A stretch of 64,000 nucleotides of DNA from Phoronis australis. Its lineage: Eukaryota; Animalia; Phoronida. The stretch's first letter is position 1. The number at the start of each line of letters is the position of its first letter. A model generated the notes under the pieces. The model did no database searches. It saw nothing but the letters and a program-made list of their open reading frames with translations, and was not told the origin of the DNA. The translations under genes were made by a program, and so were the position numbers. Below are positions 38,990 to 52,500 of the stretch, one piece after another. The stretch lies in the NCBI GenBank assembly GCA_002633005.1, contig NMRA01000723.1, positions 1-64,000 of the forward strand, read 5' to 3'.

Positions 38990-39800
38990 GTTCGGCAATA
39001 CACATGACGCCGTAAAGTGGGTCAGAATATTCTTTCTCTCGACCTAGGTATAATCCTTTACACTTTTTGACATTTGGAGTACCATAGGCCAGCCAAGGAC
39101 ACAAAATGTTTTTAAAATTTTAGACAACTTATGCCAGAATTTTTATCTTGTAGAAATAAGGTAGTATCATCTGCAAACTAGAGAATTTTTACTTCAGTTT
39201 CTTCAACTTGTATGCCTTTTATTAAGTTGGTATTTCGTATGCAGATGGCCAGAACTTCAACAGCTAGGCAACATAACAAAGCTGAAAAGGATTGCCCTGT
39301 CTCATGTCCTTTTCTGTCGGAAAACAATTTGTTGTGAAACAATTACTGGCAAAACTGTTTTGGTTCAGTATGAATTATGAGTACTCATTGTGTAAAAACT
39401 TGTCCAAAACTGAAAGCATTTATTGTCTGAAACTATTGTCCCATTCCCATTTTGCAGTATCACATGCTCTGAAAAAATCTAAAACTAGAATATGGAACTG
39501 ACCATGAGTAATATTTGTAAATTTAATAATATCCTGTTTTCCTGGAGACGTTATTGTTTTTAATTTTTTTTTTAACTTCAAAACATTCAAACTCTATTAA
39601 AAAGTCATCCACTGGCTCAACAACTCTGGGGATTTCCTTGGCGGTATTTGCAGGAGTAGGACACATTGGGAAAACAATGGAGTAATTATTAGTTATTTCT
39701 GATCTAATTTGACCGAGATCTTTTATCAACTGCCCCTTGTCATTATTTTTTAAAAATCTTTTCTCTAGCGAAGCAAAAACCTGAAATACTTTCCCCGTCC
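38990..39800 (-). mobile_element. Decayed L1/Tx1-clade non-LTR retrotransposon RT fragment
   Basis: Minus strand reads ..RQG..S / LCCLAVEVLAICIRNTNLIKGIQVEETEVKIL*FADDTTLFLQD (FADD at 39166-39177) and upstream FASLEKR; stops and frameshifts present; boundaries approximate. Confidence 0.8.
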
Positions 39801-40944
39801 TCAGTTAACTGGGCCTTACTTCTCATCATTTGCCTACGAACTTTTTGATTTTGTAATAATTGCAGATCAATTTTTGCATTTTCCAAATTCTGAACAATTA
39901 CTTCACCAATTCTGTCCTGATAAGTTATAGGTAAGTTCGATCAACTTTTCTTCCGAAGCCCTTTCTTATTTTTATTTTTCATCCTCCAGTACCTACCTCG
40001 TGGTACATTCTCTTAGTAATACTTTCATTTTAACTATTTCCGACTTTGTATTTTTGTTATTTAGATATTTAAACTTTTTAACACAGGCATTTATAACTAG
40101 TTTTTAGTTTGTTACATATAATTTGTCTTCGAAATATCGGCGCGTCATTGTCGTTCGATCTGACTGTGCAAGTGAAATTTCTTCCCAAAGAGTATGGAAA
40201 CAGATTAAGAAGTAAGTGGAGACTGACGTGAATACCTTGCTTTACTTGTTCATTAAGGCGCTCTAAGACCGCAGCTTTATCTGCTGCCTCGGGCGTTCAC
40301 TTGCGCACTGTTACTAACACCCGTTTGTTGAAGTATATTCAAGTTACACAAGCTTACGGGCATGCTAAAAGACTTCTTTGTACTGAGTAAGCGGGGCCAT
40401 GGCCTCCTTGTGCCCCACTGTGGCTACGCCAGTGGGGGAAGTGAAATTGTCTAGCGCCTTCCTTCAGACAAAGCTACATTTGCAGCATAAGATATGCCCC
40501 TGCACAGTCAAGACCAGATAGGAATATACATGTGTTAGCCTCCTACTGTAACTTGAACTAAAATCAATTTCTGAAACATTTTGTTTAAATAAAATTTGCT
40601 TTTGTAATAAACTGACGCTCGTTAATATACTACTGCGTCGCGGTTAAAGCCTGTTCACCAGCTCAGTTGACTTCCCTAAGCATGTCAAAAGTATTATTTA
40701 TTCAGACGATTGATCGTTACAATCCGTTAAATAATGCATTGTCAAACTAAAAAGCCTTCCTAACAATTCATAGAAATGTCAATTCCTGGATTATTTGATT
40801 CTGTCAGCGTAAACTATTTACACGTTGCTTTTAAAACAAATACACTCGGAGAATAGCGGATGTTGCAGTAATTGGTCCATATCCGCAAAAGGTGTTCATA
40901 AAGAGATTTTCAGCTGAAAATATCAACCAGAGAAAACTTCTAGG

Positions 40945-43900
40945 ATGTTAGAAATAAGCAACAGCGATGAATTCACCTTGGATGTGGGTGGTGTCGTTTT
41001 TAAAACGTCGGGTTCCACTGTAAACTCGATTAGAAGCAGTTTATTATTTCGTCACATCAACGAAAACTTGAAATCGACTGGTGAAAGCAAAGTTGTTTTT
41101 TTCGACAGAAATGCTGAAATGTTTGGCAGCGTTCTTGATTTCTACAGAACAGGGAAGTTGCATGTTCCGAAGAATGTGTGCGGTGAGGTGTTCAAAGAAG
41201 AGTTGGCCTTCTGGGGTATTCATGAGAACGCTGTTGCCGAATGTTGTGTTGATGCGTTGCGAGAATCTGGCGAAGCTGTCACCCGGAAAAAACGAATAGC
41301 CGCCATGTTTGCAAAAAAATTGCTTCTTGAAGAGCCGCCGGAGAGTGCGTCTTTATGGAAAAAGTTGCAGTATAAAGCATATTTCGGTCTGGAAAATCCA
41401 TTTTCTTCACTCACTGCAAAGGTAAATATAAATTCAAATTAAGTGGTTCGACCCGATTCACTGATTTCTTGTGATCATTATCATTTTTAACTACACTTCA
41501 AGCTTTTACTTCTTGCTTTCATATTATGTGCGATAAATAAAATGTTCCGTAGTTCAAAGCCTCAAACTATACAAGTCTAATTGCTTTTTCTTTGTTTGAA
41601 TTGAAACTTGTAACAATAAATAACGTGAAATTCTTATGACGGGCACACAGCCTTGGTGACTGAAATTAATACGCTGTGACAATGAACCCACTGGTCTGGC
41701 TCTGGAGCACTTAAAGCCCAGTTTAACGCTATGAACAGTTTAACCCTGCGAACCAAATGTTAATGCAACAAATATTTCATATGAATCATTGAAACTAAAT
41801 AATTCTCTGTTACCGAGTGTCATCAACCCTAATAAGTTCGGAGCGTATTTCATTGCTAAACAAAATGTACTAAATCGGCCAGTGTGAGTAACTTGCCGTT
41901 TCGAAAAAACTGCCGGGCATTAGTTAATTACAGATGTCCCGGATTTTGGAAACTAGTTTGATGCTTAGTGAAAGACACTGGTTATCAAAATCTGGGGCCC
42001 CTGCAAGTCAGTGTTAGTGACTATTATCGCCAGCCAGCCTAGAACCACAGCGTTCATATAAGGATGCTACCAACCTGCGTTTCATCTAAGAAACTAACTT
42101 TTGATGTAGACGATTTCCCATCTGTAAAACTAATCTACAACTTAGCCCTAAGTTTAGAAAGAAGCGACACTTCCTATTGTCTGAGGCCATGTTCGGCGTA
42201 CAAAATGACTCTTCGTGGCAAGCCAATTTGTATGGCCTTGCGTCAAGCAAAAAAATCGTCAGTTCTTTCTAACTCCAAAAATTACATAAAAATTGTGTTT
42301 TATTAAGGTGCAATTTGGGACCAATTTCATAACTATGAGTCTTCTGAAACAAAGTTTCGTTTTATTTCTTAAAAATAGTAAAAGCTCTTTTTGATAGCCT
42401 ATTCCGCAAAAGTGTATATCACACAGGCAGGAGACAGCCATGATGCATCAGCAGGTGACCTGACCAGCTGAGTCTAATCACCAGTTCTTCCCAAGTCAAC
42501 AAATTATTTATAATCCAACTAGACGAGAACGGTTTTATAACAATTATCGATTGCTTGGCTTATTTTGTTAGAAACACAACATATAGGGACGATGTGAATA
42601 TGGTTTGTAGCTTGAAAGTTGCAAAATGTTATTAAGAATGAGTTTTATGGCGAAAATGACCCTGCTCAAATCACTAAATCGTGTGCCGTAATTATCGTGA
42701 CGAGGTGCAGGGAAATAAAACTGCCTGATGCCGGCTTTTGAGCCCGCCAAGTACGTTACTAGTGCAAAGGTCACTTTGCAGAATGTTTTGTTTTCACTTT
42801 TACAAATTGTTAATAAATAGAGCTGCACTTTGTTTAGCATGGACTACTGCTAGCATTGCCGTTTAGTTAATGCAATACATTTGCATAGCTAAGAGCATGC
42901 AAACACATCTTTAAGTGCACAACGTGTCGTTCAATGAGCCGAGCATAGCCTCGAGCAACGTGACGTCAGATCTTCTTTGGGTCAGAAATCCCTTATCATC
43001 TAAAAGAGAGCAAATTGAGATCGAGTTTGCGACGATTTGAGTTTTAAATTATAAATTAGCTTAAAATATCACATTCGTGTTTTACTTTCGTTTAAAACTT
43101 AATCTTATGAATTTTATTGCAGTTCAGATACATATTTGAAAAACGCACTTTATATCAAGAAACCATTTTAAGTAGAATTCATGATACACTTTTAATTTAT
43201 TTTTCATTTTAGTGGAGTCTCTGCATTGAACTTGCCTTTTTAATAAAATTCAAGGAAGGAATCACAATCCAAAGCTTTTGAATTTACACTTTATGAAATT
43301 CAAGAACAAAAGATTAATTTAGAATTACAGAGCTGTGGTAATAAAAAACACTTTTCTACTTTTGTCAGATCTTACGACTGTCGGGACCACCGCATGTTTG
43401 GAATAGAATAGGAAAAGCTGTCTTAAAACAATCAACTAAATATCTAAATCCTTCTGTTTTCAGATATGCTCCGGCGTGTACCTAACATTCACTATAGCTA
43501 CTATTTTCTATTCGATTTTTGGGACGACTAGGATGTCCCGACAGCGACTTCCGATACCGGCAGAAAACTTTACCGTCAATATAACCAACCCCAAGTTGTT
43601 GATGTTCTTGACTACAAAAGAGACTCTGTTTATGAAAATACTTGGTATGGTATGCCTGGCCTATTTTACTATTGAGTTGTCTGTTCGATTCATTTTCTAC
43701 CCAAGGAAGGTTTATTTCTTCAAAGTATTGAGCAATGACATTGACCTTATCTGTGTGATAGCCTCTTGGATATCTGTTTTAGGTGAGATTGAGTACGAGG
43801 AAAATCCGTATCAAATTTACAATCACATCGACTATTTGCCGTTCACACTTGTATTGGGCAGCGTACCAGTTCTAAGATCGGTTCGCTTGGTGAGTTTTGC

Positions 43901-44306
43901 AAATGAATGGCCTCTGGTGAAAGTATTATTTTTGGCTCTTGGTCAAAGTTGGCGAGTACTTCTCCTTATGTCTTTTATTATGGCCGGGGGCACCCTTATT
44001 TACGGACAGACAATGTATCTTGCTGAGTTTAACAGCGAGACCACCTTTGCAGATATGCCAGTATCGTGTTGGTGGGCTATAGTTACCATGACAACAGTAG
44101 GCTATGGCGACCAGTTTCCGGTTTCTCTCCTGGGTTACCTTGTCGGATCCGTGTGCGCATTGACGGGTCTTGTACTGACAGCACTCCCTATTGCCGTAAT
44201 TGGACATAACTTCAGTACTTTGTATGACTTTTACAACGATAATATTGCAGGACAAGAAAAAAACAGACTCGTCAAAGTATCACCAACTAAAAGCGAAGTG
44301 TCATAA
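40945..44306 (+). CDS. Voltage-gated K+ channel subunit, Shaw/Kv3 family, divergent (candidate regulatory/silent subunit), 439 aa
   Basis: Exon 1 40945-41421 (T1/BTB: FFDRNAEMFGSVLDFYRTGKLHVPKNVC..EELAFWGI..ECC, Shaw-like, HX5CX20CC Zn motif intact; donor AAG|GTAAAT). Exon 2 43464-44306 (TTTTCAG acceptor, phase 0) encodes S1-S6 with pore WWAIVTMTTVGYGD and S6 CALTGLVLTALPIAVIGHNF. Confidence 0.92.
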
Positions 44307-44755
44307 ACAGCCAACTAAGAGTGCGAAACAACTTTTTTGGTCCGACGGCCATTGTACTTTTTTAACATTTAAGCACTTGGAGTGCGGTAGAGGCTAGTGA
44401 GAATGAACTACGGGTGCCAAGTTGGCAGATTTGGAAGACGTTTTCAAAAATGCTCCAATCTTCAATTGTTGCTGAAGGAACATTATTTTTTTGAAGGATT
44501 TTTCAAAAGATCTTAAGGTTAAGAGTAATTTTGATGAACCCTTCGTCTGGGCAACCTATTGCATAGTTAGCTATTCATCGCATTCATTCGAGTTAATGTC
44601 CAGGGCGCTTAAACAGGTCACATGTGGATTTCCAAGCTTAGCAAAATATTGGGACAAAATCACCAATTTCTTGCATAAGCTGACGTAACTTCTATAGCCT
44701 TGCAAGCGCCACAGGATTATGGGATCTTAAAGACCTCAGAGCAACATCAGGCGTG

Positions 44756-44874
44756 CGTTCAGTAGACGCTAGGACTTACGCTAGGACCTAGCTAAAACCT
44801 AGACAAAGTCACGTGCTCTCATTTAAAATCCACGGCAATATCTTTTTTAGCGAGGTCCTAGCGTTACTGAACGG
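44756..44874. repeat. Short hairpin / MITE-like inverted repeat downstream of the Kv gene
   Basis: CGTTCAGTA.ACGCTAGGAC..GCTAAAA versus TTTTAGC..GTCCTAGCGTTACTGAACG. Confidence 0.6.
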
Positions 44875-46525
44875 GAGACAGGTTAGCCCAATGACTCCAA
44901 AGGAAGTCGGCCAGAAATCAGCCTTCGTTCTCATCTTTCAAAAGGTCTATGGATATACTTGAAAATCAGGGGGAAGGTGTTGAACCGAAAATGGGCGTTA
45001 ACCTGGACGAGTAAAGCAATTAAAAGGTGCTCGTCAGTAGGTGAATAAACTAGGACTGAGTGGAAAAGTGAAAACAAAGTTGATTTTGCATGAGAACTAC
45101 ATAATTAAGTAGGTGTGCTTCATATGCGTATTGGGACATGACTGCCCAAGAGAAAACTTGACCCTTCCCCCACTGGTCTCGCTGCAACNCCCCCCCCCCC
45201 CACCCGCGTCGCAACCAATTACCCGTTTGCTACGAATTGATGATACGCGCGCCTGTGCTCAGCAGCACAAGACATGGTGGATGGCTGGCCTCGAAATCCG
45301 GCCGTGGCGCGCTCAAGCTTGCTTTTTTATGTCCGTTTCTCGTACCACCGTTATGCTGTATACATGGTAAAGGAAGGTGAATGGTTACATTTTACATGAA
45401 CGTGCATGCTTATTGTTTTGCTAATGTGTAATTATATAACCTGCTGTCACAGGACATATTTTTACCCTGAAATCGGGAATCATTTTCGACATGTTTTTTA
45501 ATCATGGAAAAAATCATGCCCTCGGGCAGAACCATACATATTAATTTTGACTTCTTGATTTTGGTCGATTTTATCGCGATCCTGTCGCCACAGATTTCAC
45601 CCTCCTTTCTCATATGTCTTTCGTGTTCTCCACTTCTCGAATGTTTGTTGATAATGTATAGATTTAGCATTTTTGTCCGTGTTTATACCATTGTTATTAG
45701 ATGCTGTGTACATGGCAACGGAAAATAAATGAGTACGTTTTACTTGTACGTAATGTTCATGGTTTTTCCTATTTGTAATTTCACTTTTGCTATTTCAAAC
45801 GAGGACCATAATACAAGCTCATGGCTTTTCCATGCCGATCCACCACCAGTATTGGTGGTTGTAAACCTAAAAACGCCGCATTTTTAAAGAAACGGCGCAA
45901 GATACCTGTTCAAAGGCAGTATGACGTATTTAACCAGCTCGGTAAATGAGTTGTGTATTCTACTGAATGGCCCGTCGCCAAACTATTTATACATTTAACT
46001 CTGAAACGGATGTAATTTTCGACATATTCTTTTAATTCATGGAGACATCCAAACCATACCTCTGTCATGGATTGTAAATTGATGTTGTTGCTGTTTTAAT
46101 AGAGGGGGCACAATTTTCACTCTGAAATCGCGGTCATTTGAGAAATTGTGTAAAACCATACCTCACACTTGTGACTGATTTTGGACGTTTTTAGCCCCGA
46201 ACACACATGCACGGATAAGTTACGTCAGAGTGTGTACGAATTTTTTAAAGGCGCTTTTTTACTTTTGAGGTCATCTTGTGTCCCACAATTTCTACTAATC
46301 ATTTTGAAATTGTGTCCTGACATTTCAAAAAAAAGCCAGCGTCGTGAACAGACTCCATGCTTTGCTTCACTTGTCAACATAAAATGGCAAAAGGCACACA
46401 CTATTTTTTGAGTCCGTAGCCTACTCCAAGCGTGCCCGGCCTAGTCATTTCCACGACTCTCTCCTGTACTATCTTTGATTATTTGATGACTATGATATAT
46501 CTATTTTTGTACATTATATTATAAT

Positions 46526-48271
46526 CAGTGGCGGATCTACGGGGGGGGGTTCAAGGGGTTTAAACCCCCCCCTCGGGCCAGGACCCAAAAATTAAAAAAA
46601 AAAAACAAAAGCGTCTCCAGCAAAACAAAAACGGCACCGTCAGCGTGTGTAAACCAACTTGGAAAAAATTGAGGNNNNNNNNNNNNNNNNNNNNNNNNNN
46701 NNNNNNNNNNNNNNNNNNNNNNNNNNNNNNNNNNNNNNNNNNNNNNNNNNNNNNNNNNNNNNNNNNNNNNNNNNNNNNNNNNNNNNNNNNNNNNNNNNNN
46801 NNNNNNNNNNNNNNNNNNNNNNNNNNNNNNNNNNNNNNNNNNNNNNNNNNNNNNNNNNNNNNNNNNNNNNNNNNNNNNNNNNNNNNNNNNNNNNNNNNNN
46901 NNNNNNNNNNNNNNNNNNNNNNNNNNNNNNNNNNNNNNNNNNNNNNNNNNNNNNNNNNNNNNNNNNNNNNNNNNNNNNNNNNNNNNNNNNNNNNNNNNNN
47001 NNNNNNNNNNNNNNNNNNNNNNNNNNNNNNNNNNNNNNNNNNNNNNNNNNNNNNNNNNNNNNNNNNNNNNNNNNNNNNNNNNNNNNNNNNNNNNNNNNNN
47101 NNNNNNNNNNNNNNNNNNNNNNNNNNNNNNNNNNNNNNNNNNNNNNNNNNNNNNNNNNNNNNNNNNNNNNNNNNNNNNNNNNNNNNNNNNNNNNNNNNNN
47201 NNNNNNNNNNNNNNNNNNNNNNNNNNNNNNNNNNNNNNNNNNNNNNNNNNNNNNNNNNNNNNNNNNNNNNNNNNNNNNNNNNNNNNNNNNNNNNNNNNNN
47301 NNNNNNNNNNNNNNNNNNNNNNNNNNNNNNNNNNNNNNNNNNNNNNNNNNNNNNNNNNNNNNNNNNNNNNNNNNNNNNNNNNNNNNNNNNNNNNNNNNNN
47401 NNNNNNNNNNNNNNNNNNNNNNNNNNNNNNNNNNNNNNNNNNNNNNNNNNNNNNNNNNNNNNNNNNNNNNNNNNNNNNNNNNNNNNNNNNNNNNNNNNNN
47501 NNNNNNNNNNNNNNNNNNNNNNNNNNGTATCTTTTCACCACTGTGCACAGGATGTTTTGGTTTCGTGAAACTGTTTTCAGATGATTTGTTTCCTGATAGA
47601 TTTGACGTTTTTCAATTGTTGTCAACGTGATTCAGCTTAATAAAGTGATACCTAATTATTTATTGTCGCTTTTAATAATAGACTATGAGTTGAGAGCACC
47701 ATCGTTCGCCAGTTTTTCTCGTAACGAGACAGAACACATGTTTATTTCCGGACTAACAGTACAGGTCTTCGTTCTTAAACAACTTGAGGCTGCTGTTACG
47801 CGATCATCTGATATTCAAGTTTTTACGCCCCGTCGGTGCTCCTTAATTATGCTCTTGAATATTTGGAAATTGTCTAAACCCCTGTATACACACCACACTT
47901 TTTCGTATACGACTTTTCGAATGCTAAAAAGGTGTGTGTAAGCAGATGTTCCAACAAAAATTTTTGCTGGTGGCGTAACTCATACCCAGATGTGCACAAT
48001 ATGGTTTCACGAAACTTATGTGCCAAGTTCATGTGACGAAATCGAGAAGGGTTTTTAATTATCTTAATAAAAACTCCAGAGAGATGTTAAGTGCCAGAAA
48101 CTTACCAGGATGCATGGAAATTTCACTATTTGGCTACAAAAACAAAGAAATATCTTTGCACGGGAGGGGAAACCCCCCTCCCGACTCCCCCCGCTCGGCG
48201 CCACGCGCCTAGGATTCGACCTCGGTGGGAATACTAAACCCCCCCTTGCTGAAAACGTAGATCCGCCACTG
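46526..48271. mobile_element. CAGTGGCGGATCTACG-terminated DNA transposon/MITE spanning an assembly gap
   Basis: Perfect 16-bp TIR CAGTGGCGGATCTACG / CGTAGATCCGCCACTG with poly-G/poly-C subterminal tracts; no clear TSD; N gap inside. Confidence 0.6.
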
Positions 48272-49561
48272 ATATTGTATGTTTGTTCTAAATCTTATAA
48301 AAGAAACCACCACTGTGTCATAAACTGACAAGGCGCCAAGTGGTTGTGCAATGAAAGGATTCCACGTTATTTTAATAAGTCACTTTGCATGCCGTACCTT
48401 TTGTCGGGCACAACACTGGGAATTCTAGAGTTTGACATGGTCATTGGCCCCTTTAATGGTAACATGTCACTGAGTCTCGGTGGAGCGTCGTTATGCAACC
48501 TGTGCAAAACTGCATAGGTAGGTCATCAGGAAAACGGGTAACAGAGACAACACAAAGTGAGGACAAAATCTTACCCCAATCAAACACTTACCCCACGATT
48601 GCAGAAAAGCTAAATTACTCATTTGAGGCAATACTACCAGCAAAAAAACATCCCAAGGCACAAACCTAGCAACCCGTTCTACTATGGGTGTACAGCTCTC
48701 ACGCTACTATACAACTTTTCAGGGACATTTACCAATATACTTGCAAGAAATAAGTAACATTATTTAAGCTGGAGAAGTAAAGCCAGTGGGAGACAAATGT
48801 AGGCAAACTGTAAAGTTTTCAATAAAACGCATACTTGTTTCTAAAATGCCAAAATATTCATCTCAACAATTTTACAAACTTAACAGACACAAAGTATGAC
48901 CATTCAAGCCTGTCATATATTACTTTGGGCAATTTATGTTATTTTGCTTAAAAGCGAGTTTCAGCAGAGTTAAATGTAGAAAGGGATTTCCATTTGTTGC
49001 TGCCAACAACCTCAATTATCAAACAGTGATTTCATAATTCTCTTCACTTCAAGTCCCATTCAGCAAACCAAAGTCACAAATTTTAAAATCCAAAAAACCC
49101 TTCCTTTGAAGTAATCAGTGAACTCCATTAGGTGCAAAGAACACTAAAAACGTAAAGCATCAAAAACCCAAAACAAGGGCTCCACACCAAAACATGAACC
49201 AAGACTGTGGGCATTGCATGGGGTTCAAAGGTATCAAAACTGGAAGACCTAATTCCATCCCAATTCACAGTGATGCATACACATACTTTTGCTAAAACTC
49301 TTTATTGTAAAAGTTTTTCAAAGCAAACTATAAAAAACACGCAGCCACAGGAATGCACAAGTTCCAGCTCAGCAGTGAGGACAAATTTGGCTCAACTCCT
49401 CCAAGAGTCCTTAAACTCATCCTCAGTTACCTGTCTTGATGACTTTCAACCTTGATATGTTAATGAATCCAGTGAGCCAAGGCATGGACGTCAAATGAAC
49501 AAGTAATATCTCCAGGTCCTGAACAATGGATTTATCAGCAACAGCATATAAAAAATTATTT

Positions 49562-52500
49562 CTAGTCATCCGCAACAATTGACAAGGATTTGATTTCATT
49601 CAGTTTCTGGTTCAACTGCTTTTGATAGTCAATATCTGTCATGTGATCATCCTCAATGTTGAAACGTGTGGCCAGCTCCGTGTAAACCTTGAATGCTTCA
49701 GTAAAATACACAACCTACAAAAAAGTACAAATACCCATTACCAGTATAAACCTTAATTTTCCAAACAGAAAAAAATCAAGCCACAGACAAACGTTTTTAA
49801 AATGTTAACTAAATCTCACAAATCATAACATGGCTGTTGGAATTGGAATTTACAGGCGATTAGTCCAAAGGTATGGTCCAAAGGTATGGTCCAAAGGTAT
49901 GGTCTCAGCATTACCAACTAGTGTGAAGGACAAGTACTGGACAGCCTTTTGGACTAATGGACCTTTGTATGGATGGATTTTCAGACGGACACAACAGTTA
50001 AGTAAGGTTTGACATTGGAAAAAATGGCCGCATATTTTGAGATTACTTAACAATTTAAGTGTTAAAACATATACCTGTCCTCACAACTACTAGACTTCTG
50101 AACTGACAGGTAAGCTAAAGGCAGTGCACGCTTAAAACACATCATTTCTATGAAGGAAACTGATAGAAAAGGGCTAATTACTGATAATTCCCACATTCCA
50201 ATATCACTTCCTCTTTTGCAAGATAAATGCGTTGTATAATTGACCTAGTTTTTAAAATGTACGGTTGGCCAAACACTTCTAACAGGAGTCAGACACGTAA
50301 ATTTTATAGCACCTCATTTAGCTTTTCAAATTTCCTTATGTCTGGATTGCAACTTACTATGCAAAACGGTAGGTAAACTAATGTAGTGTAAAGATTAAAA
50401 CTTACATAGCAACCGCATTGTGAGTACATAGAGCAAAATCAGAGAGGGTGTTTTGGTATTACAGAAAGTGGCTCTTATGGCACAGAATTGGGGTGATTCC
50501 TCTACAGCAAAACTAATTCAATTAGCAGCACAGATGTCATTTTTCAACTGTATTGTCACAACTGTCAGTGAAATGTTAAAAATGAAGAAAAACAATGCCT
50601 TGTGACTTGATAGCACGGAAAGACAGGTCTACTGCAACATGCTTTTTGATGTAAAAACAACTATAAGTAATCATCTTATAAAAATAAAAGACTGTAAACG
50701 AGCCTCAAAATGCATCAAATTAATATCTAGATTTGCAATTTTTATGCTAAAGATTCTCAAGGCACATGCCATAAGATCATGCTGATGTAAATCTCATCAC
50801 AGAAAACACTTTTAGAATTTGCAGACAATTTTTTTAAATGTTAAAAAGTTTTTATGATATGTTGGCAACATGTTTTTCAGAAATCATGGCAAGATTGTTG
50901 CCAAGCTTTTTTTTTAATTGTGACAAGATTGTAACGTTTAGAAAATCTATGCAAGATTTCAAAAATATTGGCAAGCTCTTCAAAAACATTGGAAAGATTT
51001 TAATACTCTAGAACAAATTTCCAGTGGTCTTGAAGTGCAAAAATGGTTTTAATTTTTGCTACGTTGGTATTCCACTTGAATTTTTCCATGACAAATCTCA
51101 CCTGTGACTGCACTAGCGCCCTCAAGCAGGGACTGAAGTAGTCTTTCCTTGAGCTATTCAGTTTGGGTAACTCTTTCATTAATGTTGCATTCTGGGACTC
51201 AAACTCCTCCCTAGCTGCTTCTGTGGCCTTTTTACTCTAAAAAGATGATGACAAAATATGTAAGAAGCGCCACGCTGTAGGATACTATTGAGGGTTAAAC
51301 ACTCGCTTTTGAATGCAATCTGTGATGGTCATTGTATCTGCTTAATAGATTGACGTAAATGTAGAAACACTACAATGTCCGTTTGCTGGGCCGTTAACAT
51401 GGATCACTTCACAATTGTTGGATTCCACTGAACACGTCTCTATGTTAACCAAAGATCTGCATTCTCAAGTTCCTCGATGCCTCGATTTCAGGGCCGACAT
51501 TACTCTGTGAAAACTATTTAACAAGAGCAACGCAGAACGTTGAAATGCATTCATGACAGCACTACAAATGGTGTGGTTCTTTGGATATTTTAGTGCCACA
51601 AAAATGTCCATTAGATGGCGCATAATGTGTTAAACCAATCCAAATTGAGAAGGTGGTGTCGTCTCTGTAATACACAACTATTTGCCAAATTTCATGACAG
51701 CAAGCCAAGGAACTCTTAAATGCAAAATGTAAAAAAACAATTAACAATAGGGGGCACAGCTATAGTCCAATTGGTCTGAAACTCATCGTCATCTGTTGCC
51801 ATCTCTATAGGAGCCCATATGCTAAATTTTGCAAAGATCTTTCAAAGGGTTAAAGAGATACAGTCGCAGATGTAAAAAAAAAAACAAAATTGCCCCTAGG
51901 GAGCACCAGAATACTTGAAAATACCCAAAAACCAATATCAATCAGGGTTTTCGCATCAGGAACACAACAGTAAATTTCCATAACGACCCTTTGGGTGGTT
52001 TGGCAGACAGATAGACAGACGTCAAAAACACACGGACAAATGTTTAAATGGCCATCAGGTGGTGCAGAAAACATCTTACCTGTTCAAAAATGGGAAGACA
52101 TTACGGTCTCCGTAATAGAAACCTATTTGCTGAATTTCATGAAAATACATAATGAATTCCAGAGATGTAGAAGTAAGCCTAAAAGAAAGCATTTTGCCAG
52201 TAGGGGGCACAGTTGTACTTGGATCAGTCTGACACATTAACCAATTGCCGCCAGCTCCATAGGAATATGTTTTTTAAATTTCACAAAGCTCCTTGAAAGG
52301 GTTAAAGAGATTTGGCTGCAGACAGAAAAAAAAACAAATCACCACTAGGGGGCAACGCAGCTGTGAGACCTGTCCGAAAGTCAACGTTAGTCGTGGCCTT
52401 CTCATCAGGAGAACAATAGAATTTCCTTTAAGCGGTATGGCAGGTAGGAAGGCAAAAATAACAAAAATGGTGGAATGGCATCGTGGCTTCTTATTTACCA

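Noticed and set aside
46537-47630. Long 300-360 aa ORFs in the track (also 4734-5083)
   Set aside because: Almost entirely X from N gaps; artefacts.
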